Shown here: one piece after another, positions 18,963 through 28,716 of the stretch
Layout of the letters: each line of letters begins with the position of its first letter
How positions within the stretch are numbered: the stretch's first letter is position 1
Assembly (NCBI GenBank): GCA_963827685.1
Contig: CAWHBU010000006.1
Location: 480,001 to 544,000, forward strand
Direction: 5' to 3'
From: an uncultured delta proteobacterium
Lineage (GTDB): Bacteria > Desulfobacterota > BSN033 > UBA1163
DNA length: 64,000 bases
Notes under the pieces: generated by a model
Databases searched by the model: none
What the model was told of the DNA's origin: nothing
Seen by the model: the letters and a program-made list of their open reading frames with translations, nothing else
Position numbers and translations under genes: made by a program

Positions 18963-19757
18963 TCATTTTCCTTTGAAATTCGGTTTCCTCTTTTCAATAA
19001 ATGCCGTCATTCCCTCCTTCTGATCCTCGCTGGCAAAACCAAGACCGAAGGCATAGGATTCTAAAGAACATGCCTCTGCCAAATCCATATTGAAACCAGC
19101 ATCCACCGCCATCTTAGCCAATTTCACCCCGATGGCTCCGTTGGCCGCGATCTGCAGGGCCACTTTCTTGGTCTCCTCCATCAGAGAAGCATGGGGAAAG
19201 ACTCGATTGACAATCCCCATCTGATAGGCTTCCTGAGCAGTAACCATACTTCCTGTCAAGAGCAGTTCTTTCGCTTTCCCTTTCCCGATCAGACGAGGAA
19301 GTCTCTGTGTTCCTCCGAAACCTGGGAAGATGCCGAGGGTGACCTCCGGAAAGCCGAACCTTGCATTCTCAGAGGCATAGATGAAATCACAGGCAATGGC
19401 GATTTCCGTTCCTCCTCCAAGCGCGTAGCCATTGACGGCAGCGATGACCGGCCGATCAAGATCCTGGATCATTTTTAAGGTGAGATGGCCCAGCTTCGAA
19501 AAGTTCAGGGCCTCGAAGGAGTTCATCCCCTTCATCTCCCCGATATCGGCCCCAGCGACAAATGCTTTCTCTCCACTCCCCGTGATGATGAGAACCTTCA
19601 GCTCTGAATGGTCCTTCACTTCCTGGATCCCTGCCTGGATATCTTTGAGCGTCTCAATGTTTAAGGCATTGAGCGCCTTGGGTCGGTTAATCGCCAGGAT
19701 CCCGATTTCCCCTTCAAAAGACACCAAAATATTTTTATAATCCATCTTACTCTCCAT
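18963..19757 (-). CDS. crt: Enoyl-CoA hydratase (crotonase)
   Basis: NRPKALNAL, AFVAGADI, GYALGGG.E, PEVTLGIFPGFGGTQRLPR. Confidence 0.9.
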   Translation of the reverse strand: MESKMDYKNILVSFEGEIGILAINRPKALNALNIETLKDIQAGIQEVKDHSELKVLIITGSGEKAFVAGADIGEMKGMNSFEALNFSKLGHLTLKMIQDLDRPVIAAVNGYALGGGTEIAIACDFIYASENARFGFPEVTLGIFPGFGGTQRLPRLIGKGKAKELLLTGSMVTAQEAYQMGIVNRVFPHASLMEETKKVALQIAANGAIGVKLAKMAVDAGFNMDLAEACSLESYAFGLGFASEDQKEGMTAFIEKRKPNFKGK

Positions 19758-19811
19758 TAGTTCGGAGTTTCTAAATCTTATTTCTTACTCCGAACACCGA
19801 ACTCTTAACTC

Positions 19812-21095
19812 CTAACTTCTTTCAACAATCATGGCCATGCCTTGACCACCCCCAATACAGAGGGTGGCAAGACCGAGATTGACTTTCCGGCGTCTCATTT
19901 CATGAAGAAGCGTCACGATCAACCTTGCGCCCGAGCATCCAATCGGATGCCCCAGAGAGATTCCGCTCCCATTGACATTCGTCTTTTCCATGTCGAATTG
20001 CAGCTCCCGAATGCACGCAATCGCCTGAGAAGCAAAGGCCTCGTTCAGCTCAATCAATCCAATGTCGTGAAGCGTGACTCCGGCCTTTCTCAAGGCCTTC
20101 CTCACAGCAGGAATAGGACCTAAGCCCATATAGGCTGGGTCAACGCCTCCGGCGGCATAGGACCGAATCGTTCCCATGGGTTCTAAATTCAACGTCTTCG
20201 CCATTTCTTTAGACATCAACAGGACAGCGGCAGCCGCATCATTGATCCCGGAGGCATTTCCTGCGGTAACGGTTCCTCCTGGTTTAAAGGCGGTCGGGAG
20301 TTTTGCCATCTTCTCCAATGAAGTATCCATAGGCCTCTCATCGGTATCGAAGAGGATGGGTTCACCCTTCTTTTGGGGAATCACCACTGGAACGACCTCT
20401 TCCTTAAAAATTCCGTTTTTGATAGCCGCTCTCGCCCTCTGATGGCTCAGCAATCCCAGTTCATCCTGTTCCTTTCTCGAAATGCCATACTTCTCGGCGA
20501 TGTTTTCAGCAGTGAGTCCCATGTGGTATCCATAAAAGATTTCAAAGAGACCATCAAAGACCATCAAATCCACCATCTCTTGGTTGAACATCCTGGCACC
20601 CCATCGACCTTGTGGAAACGCATAGGGAACCTGACTCATGTTCTCCATTCCCCCTGCCACCACCACCTCTGCCTCCCCTGTCAGGATCGATTGAGCACCT
20701 AAGGCAATGGCCTTAAGACCCGAAGCACAGACCTTGTTAATGGTAAAGGCATTGGTCTCCTTCGGAACCCCGGCATGAATCGTCGCCTGACGCGCTGGAT
20801 TCTGTCCCTGTCCAGCCTGGATGACATTGCCCATGATCACCTCATCGACTTGAATTCCCTTCATGGACTCATCCCATTGGTAATGGGATTTCTCCAGTTC
20901 TGTCATTCCTGTCCCTTTAAAGACATCAGGGGCAACCTCAAGAAGCTCCTTCTTGACGATCGGCTTAAGACCCACTTTCTTAAGAGCTTCTCTGATGACA
21001 AGGGCCCCTAATTTAATGGCCGAAACCTCCTTCAGGGAGGCCCCGAATGTACCGATGGCCGTTCTAACTCCACTCACAATGACAACCTCTCTCAT
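19812..21095 (-). CDS. Acetyl-CoA C-acetyltransferase (thiolase)
   Basis: NKVCASG, NEAFA, GHPIGCSG, CIGGGQG. Confidence 0.95.
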   Translation of the reverse strand: MREVVIVSGVRTAIGTFGASLKEVSAIKLGALVIREALKKVGLKPIVKKELLEVAPDVFKGTGMTELEKSHYQWDESMKGIQVDEVIMGNVIQAGQGQNPARQATIHAGVPKETNAFTINKVCASGLKAIALGAQSILTGEAEVVVAGGMENMSQVPYAFPQGRWGARMFNQEMVDLMVFDGLFEIFYGYHMGLTAENIAEKYGISRKEQDELGLLSHQRARAAIKNGIFKEEVVPVVIPQKKGEPILFDTDERPMDTSLEKMAKLPTAFKPGGTVTAGNASGINDAAAAVLLMSKEMAKTLNLEPMGTIRSYAAGGVDPAYMGLGPIPAVRKALRKAGVTLHDIGLIELNEAFASQAIACIRELQFDMEKTNVNGSGISLGHPIGCSGARLIVTLLHEMRRRKVNLGLATLCIGGGQGMAMIVERS

Positions 21096-21338
21096 TTGAT
21101 TCTCCTTTTTATTACCCCCCTCATGACAAATTTGAGATGAAATATAAAAATAGGCTGCTCGTTAATTCAAAAGAAAATTTTCACGGGTATGTTTTTTAGC
21201 CCAAAACACCCCTTTTGTCAACTTATTTCTTCCCCTCCCCTCTTCCCTTGGAGGGAGAGGGATAGGGTGAGGGTGAATTACTATTCTCTTAAGAGCATTC
21301 GTCACGGAATTGGGGATGCTTTCTCTTGGGTTGGAATA

Positions 21339-22343
21339 TTAATGACTTAATTTCAATTTCGAAAGGTCAGCAGCAGTGGAGATAGCTTTGATAAGATTGG
21401 TTGGATCGGCCACTCCTTTTCCGGCAATGTCATAGGCTGTCCCATGATCGACCGATGTCCGGATGAAAGGTAGTCCCAAGGTGAAATTGACGGCTTCCTT
21501 AAAATCGAGCATCTTAATCGGGATGAGGCCTTGGTCGTGATACATGGAAATGACGGCATCAAAGTCGTAACGGCCTGAAAGGTTGAAAAAGGAGTCAGCG
21601 GGAAAAGGCCCTTCAACATCCATTCCAAGGGATTTCGCTTCTGCAATGGCCGGAAGGATCTCCCTTTTCTCTTCTTCTCCCAAGAGTCCATCTTCTCCGC
21701 AATGGGGATTGAGGCCGAGGACGGCAATTCTGGGGTGGGCAGTCCCGAAATATTTTTTCATCCCATCAGCCGTCAAACGAATGGTAGAAAGGATACGATT
21801 CGAAGTGATCCATTTTGAAATATCCTTCAAGGGAAGATGGGTCGTCACCAGAACGATTTTCCATTTTGATCCCAAAAACATCATGGCGACAGGGGAAGTT
21901 TGAGCCAAATGGGCCAAAAGCTCAGTATGGCCCGGGAATGAGTAACCGGCTGAATTCATCGCCTGCTTATTGATCGGACAGGTAGTAATCGCATCCAACT
22001 CTCCTCTCCTCACCCGCTTGACCGCCTCTTCAATATATTTCACCATTGCCTCTCCGCACGCTCTGTCCGGTTTTCCGAAACGGAGAGAAGGTACCTCTAA
22101 TTGGCTTAACGGAAGGAGGAATATTTTCTGGGGAAGGTATCCGTCTTCGGGAATTTTCTCGATGACCTCAATGGTGACAGAAAGCTTTTGAATTTGGATG
22201 GCTCTTGAAAGCACCTCCCGGTCACCGAAGACGATCGGCCGGCAGGCTTGAAACGGCTCTCCCATGGAGAGAGCCTTCACGATAATTTCCGGTCCGATGC
22301 CGGTCGGATCCCCCATCGTGATCCCGATGATAGGAAGTGTCAT
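21339..22343 (-). CDS. pdxA: 4-hydroxythreonine-4-phosphate dehydrogenase
   Basis: ITMGDP.GIGPE, GHTE, LNPH.GE, MYHDQG, RTSVDHGTAYDIAG. Confidence 0.95.
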   Translation of the reverse strand: MTLPIIGITMGDPTGIGPEIIVKALSMGEPFQACRPIVFGDREVLSRAIQIQKLSVTIEVIEKIPEDGYLPQKIFLLPLSQLEVPSLRFGKPDRACGEAMVKYIEEAVKRVRRGELDAITTCPINKQAMNSAGYSFPGHTELLAHLAQTSPVAMMFLGSKWKIVLVTTHLPLKDISKWITSNRILSTIRLTADGMKKYFGTAHPRIAVLGLNPHCGEDGLLGEEEKREILPAIAEAKSLGMDVEGPFPADSFFNLSGRYDFDAVISMYHDQGLIPIKMLDFKEAVNFTLGLPFIRTSVDHGTAYDIAGKGVADPTNLIKAISTAADLSKLKLSH

Positions 22344-22370
22344 ACAATTAACCTCTATCAGAAATCATCC

Positions 22371-23492
22371 TAGTATCTAATTATATAAATAAGCGTACTT
22401 ATTTTTAGGGTGAACTGATTTGACATAACGCTTGGTCCATTCAAACGGGGCTGCCTTTTCGTTATGGACGGAAATAAACTCATCGATCGCCTGGCGCAAC
22501 TGTCGGACGCTTGTAAAGGAGGCGCCCCTCAAGGCATAGCGGCTCAGAAGACTGAACCAGATTTCGATCTGGTTCAGCCAGGAAGCATGTGTGGGCGTAA
22601 AATGAAAATGAACCTTCGGATGGCGTTTAATCCAATGATCCCTCTTCGGTCGATGAGTCTTCAAATTGTCCATAATCACATGGATTTCCTCGTCCGGATG
22701 TTCGGCAACGATCTCGTTCATAAAATCCAGAAACTCCCGGCGACAACGGCGGCCGTAATGGCCCGCCTTCACTTGTCCCGTGGCCACATTCAAGGCTGCA
22801 AAGAGGGTACTCGTTCCATGCCGTCTATACTCATGGTTGGCTCCCGTCAGCGCCTTGCCATTGGGCAGTTTAAGCCACCCCTGAGCCCGTTCCAACGCCT
22901 GAATGGCTGGCTTCTCATCCATGCATACCACCATGGCGTTCTCAGGAGGATCCAGGTAAAGCCCAACAATATCAGCGGACTTCCGTGCAAATTCAGGGTC
23001 CGTCGAAATACACCAACTGCGCCGTCTCTGAAGGCTAATCCCATACTTGCGCAACACCGCCCACACTTCATAATCCGGGATGCTCGTCCTCTCCCCCAGA
23101 AGCCTTCCGTTCCACTGGGCATATCCCTTCGGAGGAGCTTCATCGATCTTGCGCAGAATTGTGTGTTCGGTCTCTGCGGTGTACTTACGTGGCTGCCCGG
23201 GGCGCGGTTCATCAAGCAAACCTGCCAACCCTTCTCTGACGAAACGGCTACGCCATTTGCAAACGCGTGCAACACGAGTCCTCAGCCTTTTGGCAATCTC
23301 CGTGTTACTCTGCCCTTCAGCACCCCAGAGAATAATTTGCGCCCTCTCCGCCATACGCTTGGGAGTGGTATGGGTTCGAACCAATCGATCCAACTCAGCC
23401 CGTTGCTCGGGCTCCAACGTGATTTCTTTTGCTTTCCTGCTCATAATACAGGAAAGTTAGCATATTACGCTTATTATGTCAAGTAGATACTA
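22371..23492 (-). mobile_element. IS630-family element, single-ORF transposase (CDS 22377..23444)
   Basis: HTH plus DDE (MDEKP, MDNL..H, SWLNQIE.WF). Imperfect TIRs TAGTATCTA...AATAAGCGTA at both ends, each within CTAG. Confidence 0.93.
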
Positions 23493-23635
23493 GTGCAGTG
23501 AATCTAACGCTTCTTTACATTAATTTCCTAGGCCGTCATTCCCGCGAAGGCGGGAATCCAGCCCAAAAACAATGGATTCCGGGTCAAGCCCGCAATGACA
23601 AATAAAGGAAAGAGATTTCTGAATCACTACACTAG
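23490..23635. mobile_element. MITE-like element carrying a REP-like double hairpin
   Basis: Ends CTAGTGCAGTGA / TCACTACACTAG (11/12 inverted). Inside: GTCATTCCCGCGAAGGCGGGAATCCA...TGGATTCCGGGTCAAGCCCGCAATGAC. Confidence 0.6.
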
Positions 23636-23771
23636 CATTTTATACACATTATACACTACTGCAAGGTGAAAATCTTATCAACTGCTTGGGTGCCTCGCCT
23701 GCGGCGTGGAGGTATGGAAAAAAGCAGGTTATCCTGTCAATCATTTCACGTCGGTTGAATAACGTTTTTTT

Positions 23772-23861
23772 TCACAAACCATCCAATGGACTTCTAATTT
23801 CGGAAGGTTTCTTCCGTATCACATGGGTGTAAATCATCGTCGTATTCACATGCTTGTGACC
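23772..23861 (-). pseudogene. intI: 3' remnant of an integron integrase
   Basis: Translates GHKHVNTTMIYTHVIRKKPSEIRSPLDGL-stop: tyrosine-recombinase box II with the catalytic Tyr and the IntI-type SPLD tail. No recognisable upstream coding part. Confidence 0.8.
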
Positions 23862-24025
23862 GTGAAAGAAACATCTCAAAATCTCTGAGTTCACCCAGTT
23901 CTCTGTCCATCAATTGACCGAATAATAATTTTGATAGTTTAATGATACGCAACATAACATTAATTTTGCAATAAATTATTCATTCCCCAAGGAATGTTTA
24001 TGCCGTTATTAAGACTCTAAATAAT

Positions 24026-25134
24026 TAATACAAACGTCCTAAATAAAGTGACATAACAGTTTATTTATGTTAATATGTGGGCATGAAAAATCCCACATTA
24101 ATCTTAGAGCATAAAGAGGCCAATAAAGAGCGTTTATTAGCATTAGCCGAACAAATATCAGGGGCTTGGATAGGCATAAAGATAGCCGCCTTACTCCTGG
24201 TGCTTGAAGGGCAACGTCCGGGATGGATAACCGAGGTGTTAGGGTTGACCCGGATGAGTTTAAGCCGATGGATTCACGGGGTGAACAAAGACGGCTTAGA
24301 GTTCTTAAAATCCAAGCCAAGATCGGGAAGGCCTCCACGGTTAGAGACAAAGATTCAAAGGGTGCTGGAGGGACACTTAGAGAAGTCTCCGCGGGAATTT
24401 GGTTTAAACCGGACTCAATGGGATGGGCCAACGGTTGCGATTCATCTGAAACGGTCTTTCGGGATAAACCTGAAGGTGCGGCAAGCCCAACGCTGGATGC
24501 ATCATTTGGGTTATCGGTTAAAGAGAGCGAGTTATTCTTATCTTCAAGCACAAAGCCAAGAAGCCCGAAAGTTCCAGCGGGCTTTAAAAAAAACTTGAGT
24601 CCCTGGGGCCAAAAGAGACAATTGTATTCCAGGATGAGACAGGCTTTACGATGCACCCCAGGCTTAGCCGGGGCTGGGCGAAAAAAGGAAAGCGTCTTAA
24701 GATTCCCACGACCAGCCAGCATCGTATCCGTTTGAATATCTCTGGGTGGGTCAATCCTTTGCTTGGACGCTATGGCATGATTCAGACAAAACGGGGGGAT
24801 AGAGAAGGGTTTCTCAAACTTTTGCGCCACCTCTATGGAAGGTTTAAAGAATATACCATTTGGCTTTATGTCGACAGGGCCCGCTGGCACAGAGGCGATC
24901 CCATCGAACAATTTCTTAAAAAACATCCGAGGCTCCATATCGAATATTTACCCCCGTATCAACCGGGATTAAACGTGCAAGAACGGATTTGGCGCAGTGT
25001 TCGCTATGAATCCACCACCAACCGTTGGTTTGAAAACCTTGATAATCTTTGGTCTGTCGTTTGTAAAACAACTCGCTCATGGTCTTGTCAAAAGATTCGT
25101 AGGCTATGTAACATTACTTAATGCGTTTGTATTA
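24026..25134 (+). mobile_element. IS630-family element with split transposase (orfA 24083..24598, DDE frame ~24594..25121)
   Basis: TIRs TAATACAAACG.../...CGTTTGTATTA. orfA is a winged HTH ending LKKT. FQDETGF, VDRARWH and PYQPGLNVQERIW lie in the +1 frame after an A8 run (24586-24593). Confidence 0.92.
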
Positions 25135-25152
25135 GGATCATTTAGATTTTAA

Positions 25153-26665
25153 TGTTTAAGCGAAGTCAATATGTCCCCTTAACTGCAACGTGAAAATGTC
25201 CCCTCCAAGGGTTTTGATCTTGACCCTTGAGTGAGTGGATGAACTTCAATTTGAGTTTCTTTTTTTTAAGTGAGCTCTCATAAGAGATCCCTATTAATGG
25301 GCAACAAGCGAAATGTGAATCGCCAGGTTGCGCTACAATCAACGATGTTCGATGAGCAGGGGGTAAGGGTCACCTTCCCTGGAGGGTGCTGAAGCGAGAT
25401 AGACCCAGTGGTAATCTTTAACTCCTTTTGCATGGTGTTTCTTTCGGGGAAGAGCTCTCACCGGTTCCCGGAGGGAAGTAGGAGGATGTTTCGCAATCAA
25501 CTGATCTTGAGCGTAGATTCTCCAAGATCCGTTGAGAAGCTGCCGAGCTTCCACCTTGAGCTTCGCATAGGATCTTCTTTGAGGGCCAGGGGGAATATCG
25601 AGAACCAATCCTCCCAGCCGAGCCGTATTATCGTTGCCGACCGTAGCCGTATAGCGAAAGCTGATGATTCGATCCAGGTCCAGATGGTTTGGGACTTCTC
25701 TCCAGGCTTTTTGGGATTCTCTGGGTCTGACGGCAAAGCGACGGTTAAAGTCTTTTAAAAAGGTTGATTGTAAAAAGCGATTGGCCTCTTCCATCGTTAC
25801 AATTTCTTTTAAACGGAGTTCTGCTCCCAGACGATCCTGCAGGGTGGCAAAGAGTTTTCTATCCTTCCTTTGGCCTGAGGAGAAAGAGCCGAGATCGGCT
25901 CAATCCCCAAGGCTTCGAGAGCTAATCCGACTTGAGTCGGTTCCTGTCGGCCAGCGAGTTGCTCTTCCAAGCTCCAGTGAGGGTCATTCCGATGCAACGA
26001 CCCGTGGCGATCCTGATAGATCATCATTGGGATTCCATATTTTTTAATCATCTCTTTAAGAAGCCAGAAATAGCCTGCGGAACCTTCAAAGGGAAAGAAA
26101 CGGGCGGCCAGCAGTTTCCCGGTCGCATCATCGATGGCAGCCATCAGACAGCAAGGTGGAAGGTCTCGGCCAAACCAGGGGTGGGGACTCCCATCCCAGA
26201 GGACCATCCATCCTTCTTGAGCCATTCGCTCCCGTCGCTTTCGATGCTTAGGTCCCCGACGCCTGCGCTTGGGTGCCATCCCCGCCTCCCGCCGTAACTT
26301 CCTCACCGTCTCTCGATTCAAATCGATCCCTTCGCACTCCCGAAGTTTCTCCGTAAAATGGGTATCGTTAAAGTCCCAGTAAACCTCTTCCGACAGCTTT
26401 AATACCCTTTCTCGTAAGGACTCCTTGAGCCGGTGGTTCGAAGGTCGTCCCCTGTTACCATGCACCAAGGCTTTGATCCCTCTCTCCCGGATCGCTTGCC
26501 CAATCCGCTTCGCCTGACGGTAGGACACACCTATCCTCTCTCCAGCCTCCCTCAAGGTGATCTTCCCTACCTTTACGATCTCCATCAGATGCCACCTCTT
26601 TAACTCCCTCTGCCCCATGAGTATCTTCTCCTGTTCCATGGGGACATTTCTACTTTGCTAACACA
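25153..26665 (-). mobile_element. IS1202-family (formerly ISNCY) element with frameshifted transposase (25339..26639)
   Basis: TGT-ended 26-bp imperfect TIRs containing ATGTCCCC. A 16-bp direct repeat ATCATTTAGATTTTAA lies at 25137-25152 and 26666-26681. WDGSPH.W, IDDAT, Y.DRH and SPQAKGRIE motifs, with a 1-nt loss near 25856-25859. Confidence 0.88.
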
Positions 26666-26681
26666 ATCATTTAGATTTTAA

Positions 26682-26710
26682 TTGACAAAACATATTTATG
26701 AACGTATCGT
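26682..26710 (+). promoter_or_regulatory. Candidate sigma70 promoter facing the cassette (Pc-like)
   Basis: TTGACA, 17 nt, TATCGT. Confidence 0.5.
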
Positions 26711-26775
26711 CTTATCAAAATATAACTTGCAGTTCAATAATCGTTCGGCGGTGACAAAACCAAAATGCTGTCCCC

Positions 26776-26881
26776 GCCGAACGTGCGGCGTTGTGCTTCG
26801 CTCATCGCACCTGGCCCGGCGGCTGACGGTAGAAATCAATAACAAAATAAACCAAACGGCATCTGGCGCCGAGCGTTCGGT
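26776..26881 (+). repeat. attC-like recombination site
   Basis: 106-bp imperfect palindrome GCCGAACGTGCGGCGTT...GGCGCCGAGCGTTCGGT, bounded by AAC / GTT cores. Confidence 0.6.
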
Positions 26882-26893
26882 GCATAGGAATTT

Positions 26894-27271
26894 ATGTCAT
26901 TAACAATTGCTTTAGCCATTGTTGGGTTCGTAGGAATTGTCGTGGGTGTTTATTGTCTTAGTCAAAATTTAAAGTTGACCCACTCACCAGCTCAAGGAAT
27001 TCATTCCCGCAAAAGCGTGGTAATTCTTTTAATCATCGGTGCGATCTTAGGAATATCTACGTGGCCAGCAACTTTCTTCATGGGTTACACTGTTAAACTT
27101 GAGGAGGGCATAGGTCGAATGGTTAGTCTTCCATTCTTCGTAGCTTGCTTCGATGCACATGGTGCGGATTTTGTGGGACCTCTGACAATGCCTGAAGTAA
27201 TAGGCAACGTTATCTTTTGGTTTTTAATACCACAAATAATCTTGTTGTTAGTTTGGAAAAGGAGCCGATAA
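26894..27271 (+). CDS. Small membrane protein (about 3 TM), putative integron gene cassette
   Basis: 125 aa, AT-rich. Starts 11 nt after GTTCGGTGC and is followed 5 nt after its stop by the near-complementary GCATCGAAC-AAATCAATGAACCAGAC (start of a truncated attC). Confidence 0.7.
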   Translation: MSLTIALAIVGFVGIVVGVYCLSQNLKLTHSPAQGIHSRKSVVILLIIGAILGISTWPATFFMGYTVKLEEGIGRMVSLPFFVACFDAHGADFVGPLTMPEVIGNVIFWFLIPQIILLLVWKRSR

Positions 27272-27736
27272 TTGGGCATCGAACAAATCAATGAACCAGA
27301 CGTTACCCAGGGCGGAATGCATTTATAAACAATTTATGAATCAAAAAATTAACACGCATTATTTAAAAATGATAAAGACAAAGGGACAGATCTGGGGGAC
27401 GTTGCTCAATTCTTTCACTTTTCGTCTCACCTTCTCGAAAAATTCACATGAACTATGTAGCTCTCAGATCTTCCGGAGATGCAATTGTCCGTATATTTGG
27501 GAAGAGGGGTTAGTCCATGAGTCCATGAAATTCCTTCTAATCATTTTTCAATCTCATAAGGGCGATATTCTCAAAATCTCGGACTGACCCCATCTTCTGC
27601 TCGGCAAGGTTATTGATCTGGCAGAGGAGGGAGGCATAAATTGGAATGTTTCACAAGATTGAGAGATATTCGAGATGAGTGGAGGCCGAGTCAGAGTGGG
27701 GGAAAAACACGCATATCGCAAACTGGGGTTTCAAAT

Positions 27737-28699
27737 CTAAAGCTTGATTTCGATGGCGGCTTTTTCTTTCAAGGTGCTGAGATATTGTTTAAGGGCCTTC
27801 GCCATTTCACCTTCATAATAATCCGCCCGAACTTTCTCCTTAACTTCCTCAAAAGGAAGAGGTTCCAATCCTTTTCGATCGAGGAGTTTGATAATATGGA
27901 AACCAAATTCCGTTCGGACGATCTCACTTACCTCTCCGACCTTGAGACGCAGCGCCTCTCTTTCAAAGGCAGGGAGGAGTTCTCCCTTCTTAAAATAACT
28001 TAAATCTCCCCGATTCTTACTCGATGCATCTCCTGAATAGAGAAGAGCCATCTCCCCAAAATCCTCTCCCCTTTTAATTTTTTGTAAGACTCCCTGAGCC
28101 TTCTTCCTAATATTACGAATCTCCTCCGGTGTTGCCCCTTTTGGAACGACGAATAAGATGTGGCTGGGTCGATAGGTTTCATTGGTTCGATAGCGACCGA
28201 CATTCTTTTGATAAAATTCCATTAACTCTTTTTCTCCAGGTTTCGCTTCGACCTTCACCGACCAATTGATTAATTTCTGGCGCTGGAGGCCTTTTTCGAT
28301 CTGTTTCTTATAAGTCTCTAACGTCAGACCTTCGACGGCTAATGCCTTTTCCAAATCCTCTTGAGTGGCAGCGTTTCGCCGCTTCACTTCCTCCAGAGTG
28401 GTTTCTATCTCTTTACTGGAAATTTTGATTCCAGATTTCTTCACTTCCTGGTCAATCAATTTCTCCTCAATCAGCTTCTCCAACACCTGTCGACAGAGCG
28501 CCTCCATTCGTTCCCGCTTCTCCAAACGATCCTCGGTCACGATCTCTTGTTTGAGAGGGTTAATCCACTTTTCGACTTCGGAGAGGGTGATAATTTCTTG
28601 ATTGACCACAGCCACCACACGATCAACGACTGCTTCACTTAATGAAATCGGTCCGCATAAAAAGAGAAGGACCACAAATAGTAAAAGGAACTCTTTCAT
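27737..28699 (-). CDS. surA: SurA-like chaperone / parvulin PPIase
   Basis: Signal peptide, VDRVVAVVNQEIITLSE, SHIL, GDLSYFKKGE, RTEFGFHIIK. Start moved to ATG 28699. Confidence 0.8.
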   Translation of the reverse strand: MKEFLLLFVVLLFLCGPISLSEAVVDRVVAVVNQEIITLSEVEKWINPLKQEIVTEDRLEKRERMEALCRQVLEKLIEEKLIDQEVKKSGIKISSKEIETTLEEVKRRNAATQEDLEKALAVEGLTLETYKKQIEKGLQRQKLINWSVKVEAKPGEKELMEFYQKNVGRYRTNETYRPSHILFVVPKGATPEEIRNIRKKAQGVLQKIKRGEDFGEMALLYSGDASSKNRGDLSYFKKGELLPAFEREALRLKVGEVSEIVRTEFGFHIIKLLDRKGLEPLPFEEVKEKVRADYYEGEMAKALKQYLSTLKEKAAIEIKL

Positions 28700-28716
28700 C
28701 TTCTCGCTTCTCCCTC

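Noticed and set aside
22464-23486. 340-aa plus-strand ORF
   Set aside because: Antisense shadow of the IS630 transposase, with no recognisable motifs.
24039-24938. 299-aa minus-strand ORF
   Set aside because: Antisense shadow of the second IS630 transposase.
25850-25865. Programmed frameshift in the IS1202-type transposase
   Set aside because: The break falls right after the conserved GRIE motif at only an A4 run. A 1-nt deletion or sequencing error is more likely.
26682-26903. 73-aa ORF upstream of the cassette gene
   Set aside because: It begins at the TTG of the -35 box and runs through the attC palindrome, so it is not a credible protein.
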